Source of the DNA: Botryllus schlosseri
Lineage: Eukaryota
Assembly: GCA_051294905.1 (NCBI GenBank)
Contig: CM119371.1
Location: forward strand, 40,302,001 to 40,366,000
Direction: 5' to 3'
DNA length: 64,000 nt
The position numbers and the translations under genes are program-made. The notes below the pieces were generated by a model. The model had not been told where the DNA came from. It saw only the letters and a program-made list of their open reading frames with translations, and ran no database searches. Positions 50,790 to 64,000 of this stretch are shown here, piece by piece. Position 1 is the stretch's first letter, and every line of letters starts with the position of its first letter.

Positions 50790-51659
50790 ATGAGCTTGCT
50801 TGGAGCATATTTGTCGGCTGTGCTGTCACTGGTGAACTTTGTGACGGATATCTGCTCGGTTTGGATATACTGGATGCACACGGACGATAGTTTGGACGGT
50901 TTCTATGTAGCGCTAATCTCTACACTGATCTTATTTATAAGTCCCATACCTATTACCATGGGTATAGCGTGTACCTTCACCAAAAGATCCACTAAAGTGG
51001 AAAAAACTTTGCGCAAAGCAAAAACGCTCGAATTGACATTGACAGCTATACCTCAACTATGGATCAGTTTATACGCTTTATCAGTGGGCGCAAATCTACT
51101 TTACGGGGAAAGAACACTATTACTCGTGTCATCAGCTATGTCGTATTTATCAGTATGCGCGATCTTACCGCGTGCCGATAACAAAATGTTAAGTAAAACC
51201 TTTCAAAACGATTCCATGACTGACTTCGACCGTTTCGTGGTTAACGCCTCAAAATGTGCGATGTTTATGGCGCGAATTTTGTTGCTGGTTTACATGACCT
51301 CACAGATCGGATGGTATTATACGGCTATGTTTTTTGGGACACATTGGATTTTGTTATCTGCTCTGTGTTTTTGTGCGATTTCAAGACATTATACCAATCC
51401 GTGTCGAAATGCTGTTGACGCGATCGAATCAGGACTTTTGCATTTCTTCTCGTGGGTATGTCCAGTTAAGCGGTCTTGGTCTCATTTCTTCATAACGGCG
51501 TATTTTATTTTGGAGCACGTTCTAGCGTGGATCTTGTTGCTGTGTTTGCCTAACAACCAATCTACTTTTCTCATCGTCAATGTACTGGCATTTCATGTGT
51601 TGATGAATACTGTCGCTACTTTTTTCATGATTGCGTATGTTATTAAGAAATGGCCGTGA
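50790..51659 (+). CDS. Intronless XK-related (XKR scramblase-family) multi-pass membrane protein
   Basis: 289-aa hydrophobic ORF; TD in TM1, LE....PQL...LY, ARILLL, HW and FILEHV match the XK-family motif order. Confidence 0.72.
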   Translation: MSLLGAYLSAVLSLVNFVTDICSVWIYWMHTDDSLDGFYVALISTLILFISPIPITMGIACTFTKRSTKVEKTLRKAKTLELTLTAIPQLWISLYALSVGANLLYGERTLLLVSSAMSYLSVCAILPRADNKMLSKTFQNDSMTDFDRFVVNASKCAMFMARILLLVYMTSQIGWYYTAMFFGTHWILLSALCFCAISRHYTNPCRNAVDAIESGLLHFFSWVCPVKRSWSHFFITAYFILEHVLAWILLLCLPNNQSTFLIVNVLAFHVLMNTVATFFMIAYVIKKWP

Positions 51660-53100
51660 GTTCGGATATAACTTATCCTGCTGCACTGAAGGGTTTACAA
51701 TTACGCGGGAAGTAATATATAGCCAATTATTGCACGCAGTCTCCTAGTATTGCGCATAGCGAATATTCCTGCTGTGCGTCAACTTATACACCCGTTTCAT
51801 TTAATTTCGTAAACAGCTTTTTCATTTCGATGTCATCAAGGTGATTTATTTATTTTCATTGCAAATCTTAGTTTCTAGTAGGCTATTTGTTTTTACCGAA
51901 TGCGTTAGAAAAATTCAAAAGGGCCAAAATCGACTGTCACCAGACTGTTATTTCATGTCATGTGACGTACGAAAGCAATTACTTTAGTATGGACAAGACA
52001 TTGTAAAAGAGAGGAGTATTCTTCACGGAATGTGTGGCAGTCATACATAGGACTACTCCAGCATACTCAATGTATATCCATTTTTGTGAATATTGGTTGT
52101 AATCACAGCTAAAAGAAAACGTTAGATTCGGTGCGTGCTTCTTCATCATTCGTATCTCCTACTGTGTGACACAGTCACAGTTGCCAACGAATATTATAAC
52201 GAATATTATAGCGCAATGCAACATTGTTCCTAATGACGTCGTGCCATTTGAAAAATATGACCTACATTGCCCCAATGCTCGCATCAGAATCAAAATCAGT
52301 TCAGAATTATTATTCATCAAAAGTTTCGTGGAATAAACGCGAACTGCGATACAATCAAACATGAAGAATACGTCGAAACAGCTTCTTTAATACACTCGAT
52401 CAACTCTTACCTCGGCCTGCATGCTTGATTGGGCTGGACATTATCACAAAAATTAGGAAATTGCACATGATCTGTACAGTATATGTGAGGCATGAGATGT
52501 CGGAATAACTGGACCATTTACGCCTCTCTTTCAAATCACGTAAAACGCACCAGTTTATCCCACACGATAATCTCATAATCGGGGTGTCAAATTTGATTTT
52601 AAATAATTATACGTATTGCAATATAGGATTCCCGAAGCCCCTCGTAAATCACACAGGATGGGGTTTTGGCCTTGGATGAATTCGCAATACAAATAAAATC
52701 GTTTTAATAATATATTCATGACATAAATATATTAAATCCCGAAGCTTTTCGAGCTGACACTATTCAGCGGCAATCGTCAGCGAATGGAGAATTTCAAAAG
52801 CATATTTCTGTCATGAATATATTATTAAAATATATATTATAGTTCTGTACCCCAAAGAGTCTCTTCAAAAATAATCGATTAACACGCGAAATCTTCATAT
52901 CTTGACGTATGGCCGACTACACAATGCACACGATAAGTTGCCAACCCTTGGCCTACGGAAATATCGAAAAATTGGACAAGCAATAAAAATCAAGATACCT
53001 ATTTCAATACGAGGCACAATGGAAGTCAAAGTGTCAGCCAAAACATATACTAGCATTTGAATAGCTTCTGGGGGTACAGAACTTCAATATAACAATGATT

Positions 53101-53320
53101 AGCATATTCATATTGAAATGAACCCGAATATATTAGGCTGACACTCGTCAGGGGTAATCGTCAGCAACTAGTAGAGATCTGGAAAGAACATTGTATTGTA
53201 CCATTGTTGATATAAAATGTTCTCTCCAATTCTCTACTAGTTGCTGACGATTGCCCCTGAAGAGTGTCAGCCGGAAATATTCGGGTTCATTTCAATATGA
53301 TTATACTATTCAATTGTATA
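53101..53320. repeat. Inverted pair of hammerhead-motif repeats
   Basis: 53101-53178 is the reverse complement of the 53230-53320 repeat, with a ~50 bp spacer. Confidence 0.75.
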
Positions 53321-53659
53321 TATTAGCTAGACTGTATTCCAGTTTCACATTCTTCTTTCTCCTTTCTGTGGATGATGTCATATATGAAGTGGCGGAAGCA
53401 CATTGTTTCAAGTCTATTGTTATAGCGTTGCTCCATTCGTTGCCTACAGACCCAGTATAAAAGTACGGTAATGTGACCGTGCCTGTAATAATATATTGCG
53501 TTATAGTCTACGAATTTCACGGCATCATGTTTTCATCACTGGCCGCGTGATGTGATTGTGATACTATCGTCTGTTCCAGGCGAATCACGTTGCAGACCAC
53601 CTGATCTGCGAAGGTGTGAGTAGTTATATAGATCGCTCGCGAATCGCCATTGGTTCCTT

Positions 53660-54500
53660 ATGGGCGGGGTGGCATGGTGCCAAGAAACCGGGGGTGGCAT
53701 GGTGACCCTTATGTCTTATGGCGGGGGTGGCATGGTGCCATTGTGTCTTATGGCGGGGGTGGCATGGTTACCTTTTCGGGTATAGGCTGCGGCGGCATGG
53801 TGCCGTGAAACTCGTGGTGGCATGGTGACCCTTATAACTATAGGCTGCGGTCGCATGGTGCCACTGTGTCTTATGGGTGCGGCGACATGGTTACCTTTTT
53901 CGGGTATAGACGGCGGCGGCATATGCTAACGTGAAAACTCGTGGTGGCATGCTAATGTTTTTTGGTATACGTGCGGTGACATGCTAACGACGATAAATGT
54001 GTCTGTCATGTATTCTTACGGGATCTGTGGTGACTCACCATGAGTTCTTATGGGTGCGGTCGTGAATCGCCCTTTCGGGTATAGGCATCTCTCGCATGTC
54101 GTACTTTCGCGTATAGGCTGTGGTGGTGATTCGCCATGTGTTCTTATGGGTGCGGTCGTGATTCGCACTTTCAGGCATCTCTCGCATGGTGTTGAATAGT
54201 CACCAACAATAACCGCGCAAACGGAAACGTGGCTTGCAAGAGGATTTACGCAGTGCGTGCGACAGACGGCGATTCGAATATCAACAATAGTCGCGTTCGC
54301 AAACGAACACTTCAAAAAGATGTGAAATATTTGCAAAACCCCGCGATCGCTGACAAGATAATGACTCGGGTGACATGATAACGTTACAGGTATAGGCTGT
54401 GGTGGTGATTCGCCATGTGTTCTTATGGGTGCGCTCGCACGTCGTACTTTCAAGTATAGGTATCTCTCGCATGTCGTATTGGAAACTCGTGTTGGCTCGC
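53660..54500. repeat. GC-rich degenerate ~21-bp sub-repeat array (GGCGGGGTGGCATGGTG)
   Basis: Directly visible; follows AGTAGTTATATAG at 53619. Confidence 0.75.
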
Positions 54501-55319
54501 TCACGCGGTGAAATTTTAGTAATCAGTTTGTCGCAGAACTTGATTTCACTCGTAAGATTTAATAAGTAACGAATAACAGACCGCCAGTGTCGGTAACTTG
54601 AATAACGACAAATTGTCACTTATTTCCGCTCTAACCCTAATCCTTTGTGAAGTGAACGCTTATTCAAAAGGTTGTGATATAATTTTAAAATCCAACAACC
54701 ACTCACCGGATAATGCTGCAGACATAGCAATCCCTCATGCCCGCTCACAAGGTAATATTTCGGTAATTAGTTTGTCACAGAACCGTCGCAGACGGTGATT
54801 CAAAACCAACAATTTGTCACTTGCCCGCGATCGCTATATGTTTTGACACTTCAGAAGAGTGGTTGACTTTAGTTGCGTGATACAAATCATGAGAATATTC
54901 AATCAATGCGTCAATTTGTCAACTCGAAATGAAACTCACTACACAAATCAAGTCGATTCGTATCTGAATGTTTTAAATCGGTACAACTCTAATCCTTTGA
55001 CAAATCCCTTAACGCGTTTTTGTTGAATCGAACGTAACCGAATATTACTGACGCCGACTTTCAGCCGCATCGAATTATTCGCACATTCCGCGTCGCTGTT
55101 TTCACACTTATAGAATCAATACCAACTATAACTCTACAAGAATCAAGAATCACAAGTATGTGCATTACACAGTTATTGTCTTTATTAACTTGAAATCAAA
55201 CACTTAACAAAAACACGCAACTAATCATTTGGCAACTCTAGCATTACCAAAAAATTCCAGTATTGTTGATTGAAAATCCTTGAGTCATTATTATCAAAAA
55301 TGTTATAGTACCGCATCGG

Positions 55320-55440
55320 GATCCATTCGCGGGATGTACTAAAGGTAAATCCAAATAATCCACATTCGCGGGATGTACTAAAGGTAAATCCAAATAATCC
55401 ACATTCGCGGTATGTACTAAAGGTAAATCCAAATAATCCA
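55320..55440. repeat. 39-bp tandem repeat, three copies
   Basis: CATTCGCGGGATGTACTAAAGGTAAATCCAAATAATCCA. Confidence 0.9.
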
Positions 55441-58427
55441 GAATGAAATATTTGGACTTTGACATAGTGTGAATTGAAATATATTGACAAACATGACTAC
55501 CAACTTTGATCCAGTCACATTTCAAGATCATACTTTGAAACAATCCTTGAAACTTACAACTCTATTCGCGATCTTGCTTTCCGTTTGCCAAAGAGACATT
55601 TTAACATCTTACCATACTCAAAAGAATTATTCATAACATTAACCGGTGTTAAAAATATAGTTTTTACTTACTTGATTATATCACCACAACTCGCAAACTT
55701 GAATTAATTCATCCTGGTTGTATTCATATGACGATATTACTTCTCAGTGTCGGCGACTTGAGATTAACATAATATGCTTGAGTATACGAGATTTGAAAGT
55801 CCGACCAACGTAGTTGAGAATTCATTTCTTACAATCGAACGATGGTGTTATATTCAAAGTTATCATGCTGTGAACATAAGGATTGACACATTGATTTGAC
55901 ATATGAGATTTTGTAATAGTTGATCATTACTTTATTATTAAATTATTTGCGTTAATTAGACCCGGCGTTGTGGTAAATGTTATGACAGCAACAAACTTTT
56001 CAGTACCAATGTTATTGACATATTAAGCTGTAAAACTATGTGTGTCTGAAATGTTCTTGATAGGAAAATTACTCCACCTTGGTAAAAATCACTCTGCGTA
56101 TCGCGGATATCAGAAAATATTTCCAGTAACCAAGACTAAAGATGAAACGACAATATCGGTCTTATTACATTCAGCAATCAGTACAATTATTAAAATCTAT
56201 CGTTTGCGATAAACAGCACTAAAGATGTAATAATTCCAGTATTCATACATTGAACATCCGATACAAAATGCTTTATTATCCCGATTCCCAACGGGTAATT
56301 GAAACGACTATGTGTAGAATCAGTATATCACAATATCGTTACTATTGAATCCAACGATTTATTGTCGGAATTTGTGACAGAGAATTGAAACATATGCACT
56401 TTACAGAGTGTGAAAATATCACTTTGAGTATCGAGTACCGTTCGAAGCTAGCGATCAATTCTTAATCATTTCAGTAACTCCCCATTGTGTGTGCTAAATG
56501 TAAAATATCGCGAGGTTATACACTCTAAGACTTTGATTATTGTAAAAATAAATTGTGATATGTTTGTTAGATGCATCCAATTCAACTAGAAGTGTCTAGT
56601 GCCCAACACTCGTAATATCAAAAAAGTACTTGCTAGACTGTTATTTGCTAAACGTGTTTTGTATTGTTGTTCATTTCTAGTATTGATTGAAATCATTCTT
56701 GAACCCTCAAATAATAATTCCCGACATGAAACCAAGCCGCTGAAAGTCGTTACCATCGCGAAGATACAATGTGTACGATGTTTGTCAAAATGTGTCCTAC
56801 CTGGCCAACAGAAAACAAATTTCACTAGCTTGGTAATGAAACCGAAGTCTCCATTCGATATTTTGTTTGTGTCAAATACTTTACAATGAACACATTTGCG
56901 TGGTTGAGCTTTACATCATCAAGCTGTTATTTGTAAATCAAGATTTCGGTAAACTTGTAAATGTATCGTTTAACTAACTGACATTTAGTGATTGGGGAAC
57001 ATACCACTTCGAAATACTCCATTGATCTTAATTTCCATCATCGTGATAAGCGAAGTACATTTGTTTTGAATTCATAACAATAGGCTTTTCTATGGCACGA
57101 TAAATTATTGACAAGTTCTGCTCAGAAGATTGGTTGCATATCACTAAAAATAATATACCACACATATTATTACTGTTACTCCATTCATCGGTATTTTTTC
57201 TGTTGTCGATTTTCAAACGAGTAAAATTTATTACTTGAGTTGCTCTGCTTAATGTAAATGTAAACTCACCCGTCTTTCAACAACAAACAATGTTAAAAAA
57301 AGTATGCAATCAAACACAACAAGTTTTACGATACTAATTATTATCCCACATAACCCATTTCTTACCGAAGCCATACGAAATATATTCATGTTACACGAAA
57401 ATATTCGCTCATGCTACAAACCTGTACAATGATTGGTGGTGCGTTCAAACTGTTTCGATACCTCAAGAACTTTATTGTCTGAATGGTTGTTCATGTATCT
57501 TAATAATCAAGTAGTTCAACACATAACTAGTATTACCAGAAACACCAGAGTTGTTTACACAAAAGTTTGTATGTGTACAGTATGCGAATACCATGTGCAA
57601 GTCCAGCACAATTGTGGTATCCATACGAGTTTAGTTAACACAATTTACGACACCGAGGTCGCCTCATCTTTCGTAAGACAACAAACCAAGGCTTCAGGAT
57701 ATGTCCATGTCATAACAATAAATCAGCTACTCCAACAACAGAGTACATATGTTTTCTAGTTACGGTGCTTACATCTTACACACAATTCATCACATGGTTG
57801 TCCTCACAACAAAACAGCTAGAAGATGTTATCATACAAAATGGTCGTTATAGTTTGCACACCAATGGCACATCGTACAAGTAACAAGTCTCGAGAATCCA
57901 GTTATTCAAAAAAACGTGAAAGTGTTTCTACACCAAGTCGTTATGTTGACGAAAGCGTATATTGTAATATCATGATCGATTTGCATTCGTTGGTTACAAA
58001 ATGTCACTACTCAAAATAATTATTTTTCACTCAAACACAAACGCATACTTGTCACCATTCGTTTCATCAAGCACGAGTTCAAGAAACCTGCTACGACATG
58101 AATTGTTATTTTTATGTTGTGTAAATAGGTAATAATTAATTTTAGTAACACTATATCAACATCATCGAGTTGCGCGAATAGATTTACATGTGGTCTTGTG
58201 GTTTTAATCGAAGTATACAGCACGGTCTAATGTAGAGTCATCTCTACTGTACAGCAACTCGGTAATCGAAATGCATTAAAATTTAAACAACGATCTTGTT
58301 TCGTCGCACCAAAAATATGTTTACTATCGCGATACTCTGCACAGGCCGTGTAAATCCTTTTCACACTCGTAATAGTATACCAACAGCTACCGGCGACAAC
58401 GTTTAACAATACCAACAACACTAAACA

Positions 58428-59930
58428 TACGATACCTACCCAAGTAAAATTACCATTTTCACCTGGAGGTCGGTCGTTACCCGAGTAGAAATACCATTAT
58501 CCTTTGGAGATTTATCGTTTACCCAATGTAACAAACCCCTTTTCCTTTGGTAATCTATTTTTTCTCTGGGTAACAATCCTTTTTCACTTGGAAATATATT
58601 TTTCTCTGGTTAACAAACCTTTTTCACTTGGAAATATATTTTTTCTCTGGGTAACAATCCTTTTTCACTTGGAAATATATTTTTTCTCTGGGTAACAATC
58701 CTTTTTCACTTGGAAATATATTTTTCTCTGGTTAACAAACCTTTTTCATTTGGAAATATATTTTTCTCTGGTTAACAAACCTTTTTCACTTGGAAATATA
58801 TTTTTTCTCTGGGTAACAATCCTTTTTCACTTGGAAATATATTTTTTCTCTGGTTAACAAACCTTTTTCATTTGGAAATATATTTTTTCTCTGGTAACAA
58901 ACCTTTTTCACTTGGAAATATATTTTTTCTCTGGGTAACAAACCTTTTTCATTTGGAAATATATTTTTTCTCTGGTTAACAAACATTTTTCACTTGGAAA
59001 TATATTTTTTCTCTGGGTAACAATCCTTTTTCACTTGGAAATATATTTTTTCTCTGGTTAACAAACCTTTTTCACTTGGAAATATAGTAGATAGTACTAT
59101 AGATTAGTAGATAGTAATCTGGGTTAAATCTCGATACAATTATTGTGGCCAGGCCCCATATTTATCTGTGGATATATCACTCTAATGATATGCGTTGCAT
59201 ACTGTACCGTTCGCTGTATCGAGAGCACCAATGGTAGTTGAGTGAATAACCAAGATGGCCAAATATATCCGTTTGTTTGTCTGAATTTTACATTGGATCT
59301 CCAAGCCTTCTGTCGTCCATGCCTCCGATTGATTTTATTGACCTCACGATGCAATAACGAAGTCCTGGAGGGTATGATGATATTGTCTATGGGTTATACC
59401 GATGTGTGCATAAACACCCAACATTGATACACTGATACATTGTATGTAATGTCATAAACCACATTTACGTGAATACTTGGCAGGGTTGAACCATCGTAAA
59501 ATATATATTCGATATGTATTGTCATTTTTCACGAAGAAAAAAAATCAAGGGTTGTGAATCTACATGTTTAATTACATTTGGTCGTTGGTTCTGTTTTATC
59601 GCTTTGCATTGAATATCCGGATCCGGTTATGAACTGACCTGTATTGGGTTTGTAATTCCATACTGAATGGGGCGATATGTATTGACCAAACCGATTACCA
59701 CTACATATCGCTGTACGTATAATCTGTATAGGGTGAGCAAGGAAATTAATCACAAGTAACCTGGAATCGTTAGCACGATGGGTAGTATGCGTTCCTACAT
59801 TTTCCGAAGATTGTTATCCGTGTATCAACCAGTTAACAAAGGCGGGGGATTACAACTTTAGACGGATTGGTTCTGGAAAATCTAAAGCACGAACCCGGAC
59901 ATCGCAGTCATATCGAAATAGCGCATTGGT

Positions 59931-59979
<49 letters not shown>

Positions 59980-61028
59980 CTAACCGTCGATTTTGATGGA
60001 TGCACCAGAACAAGTGAGTATGCGATTACACAAATGTATCGGAGTCGTTGTTGGTGTATATTTTGTCACTGTCCGTTGTAACAATATACAAAAATATCAA
60101 ATTGACCGGTGTGGTTGTCAGTTTTCAAAACGAAAATGATATTGTTACCCAGGGAGAAGATAGATTTCCAAGTGAAAACGGTATTGGTACTCAGGTAAAT
60201 GACAGTTTCCAGACGAAAAGGGTTTGTTACCCAGGAGAAAATGATTAGTTACTCTAGGTAAAAGTATTTTTCCAAGTAAAAATGTATTGTTACACTGGGT
60301 AAACGCCGAATCTCCAAAGGAAAATGATATTTTTACTCGGGTAAACGACGGATCACCAAGTGAAAAAGGTTTGTTGCTCAGGGAAAAAGGTTTGTTACCC
60401 GGGAAAAAATATATTTCCAAGTGAAAAAGGTTTGTTACCCAGAGAAAAAATATATTTCCAAGTGAAAAAGGTTTGTTAACCAGAGAAAAAATATATTTCC
60501 AAGTGAAAAAGGATTGTTACCCAGAGAAAAAATATATTTCCAAGTGAAAAATGTTTGTTAACCAGAGAAAAAATATATTTCCAAATGAAAAAGGTTTGTT
60601 ACCCAGAGAAAAAATATATTTCCAAGTGAAAAAGGTTTGTTACCAGAGAAAAAATATATTTCCAAATGAAAAAGGTTTGTTAACCAGAGAAAAAATATAT
60701 TTCCAAGTGAAAAAGGATTGTTACCCAGAGAAAAAATATATTTCCAAGTGAAAAAGGTTTGTTAACCAGAGAAAAATATATTTCCAAGTGAAAAAGGATT
60801 GTTACCCAGAGAAAAAATATATTTCCAAGTGAAAAAGGTTTGTTAACCAGAGAAAAATATATTTCCAAGTGAAAAAGGATTGTTACCCAGAGAAAAAATA
60901 GATTACCAAAGGAAAAGGGGTTTGTTACATTGGGTAAACGATAAATCTCCAAAGGATAATGGTATTTCTACTCGGGTAACGACCGACCTCCAGGTGAAAA
61001 TGGTAATTTTACTTGGGTAGGTATCGTA
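58428..61028. mobile_element. Foldback element with long TIRs built of ~40-bp tandem units
   Basis: 58428-59085 is the near-exact reverse complement of ~60400-61028. Unit TTTTTCACTTGGAAATATATTTTTTCTCTGG(G/T)TAACAA(T/A)CC. TA at both ends. Confidence 0.9.
59934..59978. repeat. (TG)n microsatellite
   Basis: About 22 TG units. Confidence 0.98.
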
Positions 61029-64000
61029 CACTCTAAATACGAGACAACAGTATCGCCTTTTTTCCCGTTGGCGGCAACGCCGTATCGCGTAAACAACATC
61101 AGGTTCGAAAGAAATTTGGTGTCTGCTCTTTCTTCGCGTCTATTTCTCTATTTTCTCACAACGCGGACATCGTTACGGCGAAAGTTGAAAGTCCGCTGCT
61201 GATTCTATTGCAATACGACATAACGACAGTCACAGAGAGCGCAGATTTGAAGAGATGCTCGGTGAATAGTGGAATTGTATCGCAGCTTATCGACAATTTT
61301 AAAGGTAAATGTTAAATTGTATGCCACCTTGGTTTGTTTGTTCTTTATTTGTACAAGATTCACTTACCATAATCAAGGCTTTAATGTCCTACTGTTACGG
61401 AAAATTACGTAATTGGCCAGCTATTGCATCATTCACTTACTTCATTATGAAACGCGAGAGGGCGGAGGTTGGTTCAAGGTTATTGGTGTCCTTTTCGGGT
61501 AAGGTAAACCAACACCCACAAGTTATTGTATGACCACTACCTTTCAGTGTTCCCCGTGGGAATGTTGTGCATGAAGTGTGGATTAGCAGAAACTTGACAT
61601 GAAAATCCTTGGAATAATTGCTTGATTCTGTCAGCAGTGATGATTTTATTCAAGTGCAGAGCAGCAGCTCTCCGTGGTAAATGTTGAAATCCACATGAAT
61701 CTGTTCGAGTTGAAGTACCTTTTCATATTGCACAGTATAATTATCAGTTTATCTTCTCCGGGATTAAATGTCACCATCTACTGTAGTCTTCAGTTTGTCA
61801 TTTCAAAGTTGTATTCTATTAATGTGGAGATTACTACTTCATAATTTAGTATGTTGTTAGAATAATATTTCGTTAACAATGCACTGTTGGCTCTACCAAT
61901 TTTGATAGACTAGAGCCCAGATCAGCTAGGGAAAACATTTGCTTAAACGACACAAGAATCATGATATTCAACTTCATGCCTGCACGCTTCGTCATTCTAG
62001 AGTTGCAAATCATAATCGGTTTAGAAATTGATGTAAAATGGAGGGTCGTTTTTGTGGTTAAGTCTGCCTGTAAAAACTGAGAAGTGCTTGCATGTCCACC
62101 ACTAATTGGTGTTTCCCATGGTCATGCAGTGTACAAAGGACAACAGGGAATCCTTATGATTGTTGCTTTATGCCACCACTTTGTCAGCAGTGATAATTTC
62201 ATTCATGTGCTCTGTTAGCTCGCCCTGGTGAATGTTGAAATACACTTGCATTTTCTTGCCTTGTGATATCTTCCTACACTGCTGACTCAAATATTCAATG
62301 CATCTTGTGTGGGTCGAATGCTGCTACCAACTGTAATGTTGCGTGGTGACCGGTATATGCTATGCAGAATTGCATTTTTCCCAATCTTATTTACCTTGAT
62401 ATTGTCAGAACGGCTGCAGCCATAGATACAAACTGCAAAATCTACACACTTACAGACAGAACTTGTCATGGGTTTTTGAACAAGTCTAAATGTCAATAAT
62501 GCCCTCGCCTAATGTTATCAGCCACCTGTACTATTGTTTCGTGACGGTTTTACTTTTCGTATCAGGATAGAGAAGATTCCAAGACTATTGTCACAACCAC
62601 AACTGATGATTTGAAAAAGAATTATTAACGAAGGATACATAGATTGGACAGTGGCATTTCAGGTACGTTAGGACTACGAACACATCAGGCTTAATCATTA
62701 GTAATAACTGTTTTATTCAATTGTATCAATCCAGTGATAGTGACAGCAGGATTGACGAAGCTACTGAAATTGCAGTCATTACTTTTGAAAGCCTGAATAA
62801 ACCGCCAATAAAAGACGGGATTGTCTGCTTTGCAAGTCAAAACAGGTACACACAACTGCGAATTCAATGAATATATATGATTGCCCAAATCATGGAATAA
62901 CACTATGAACTATGGCAACCAAGCAGGAAAGATAGACCTATTAACGGGTGTATGTCATGAATGTCCTTACCTTGTAATTAGGGCAATTTTTGTTTCACTG
63001 AAATCCGGTAAAAGTTACATTGAATTTCAACAAAATTTGCAGAACAAAGTTGCATTCATGCATGTATAACCCAGCAGCTCACATATTTATTACTGCGCCC
63101 CTAAAATCTGGTTGCTACAGTTTCATTAGGCTGAAATTCAATGTATCAAATATTCTTACAGTAAAAATGAGAAGCTACCCACACAGAAATCTCATGATGG
63201 AGATCTCTGCCTTAGTCTGTCATTTCAACTTGCGTCAACGTTATCGCTTCTTAGAAAGGAGCGAATGTACTTTTATAAACACACAGTTCGAACTAACTGA
63301 GCTATCTCAAGAAAACATTACTGTTTGTGGTGGTTTGACCAAAATCCAATTGATACTTTCACATCTAATTTAGTTGGGCACTGTCGTGCTTTATTGGGGT
63401 TGTTGAACGTCCAGCTGGCAGGTCAACTGTTGCATCATAGATAACATTGAGGTGCAGCTAATACCGTTACATACCTCTTGGTTATGGAAATCAAAGAGGA
63501 TAGGATGGGAAGCTGCTGGCAGCTGTTGAAAAAATGTTGCAAAGACTTGTCATACCAATCACTTATAAAAATATGTCTGTTTCAGGCTCACAAGATACCA
63601 TAAGTAAGAAGAATGATCCACCGCATCTGGTCGGCGCCAGGCATCAAAATGGAATCAAAGGCTGGATTATTGGACATTCGTTCGTTCATTTACAATGTTT
63701 CATCGTAAACTATGACCATTTTATCCTGTTAAAAGTAGACATGAACAACTAGACAACATGATAATTCTATTTTTTGGTATATTTTCCTGAAAATTCTACA
63801 AAAGAACTACATAGCGTCTATCGAGCTGAGCTTGTACAGATATTTGCCGTTTTCATGTGTTCGAGCATGAACTCTGACGTGATAGGAACTGAACTTCATC
63901 GAATTTCCAAGTTTTCACAAATTCAGTAATTGTAAGTTAATTTTTAAAACATTGTAGTTCTAATTCTAGTTAATTTTGAAAACTAACCTTGTAGCTGTAA

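Noticed and set aside
55320..55440. CRISPR-like repeat
   Set aside because: Head-to-tail units with no unique spacers, eukaryotic context, no cas genes.
58504..60952. Mirror-image ORFs in the foldback arms
   Set aside because: Artefacts of ~40-bp tandem units.

Overview
Eukaryotic (invertebrate-animal-like), AT-rich, repeat-dense DNA. The centrepiece is a complete integrated Polinton/Maverick (adintovirus-type endogenous virus) at 24668-48499, with AGTAGT termini, ~230-250 bp TIRs and a perfect 6-bp TSD (AACATG). It encodes a BIR/IAP protein, a motif-rich early protein, a disrupted protein-primed PolB, a packaging ATPase, an apparently spliced PM/protein-X-like gene, a chromo-integrase, a small membrane protein, two tandem minor capsids, PW, a major capsid and an adenain protease. 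A tandem-repeat tail follows, interrupted by a 6.1-kb CACTG-ended transposon. The Polinton sits inside a foldback element, which in turn splits a Penelope-type minimal hammerhead-ribozyme repeat. The flanks hold hAT, Chapaev3-like, Harbinger-like, LINE and foldback relics, an intronless XK-related gene, and two further candidate Polinton termini. All calls are by eye from sequence; no searches were run.
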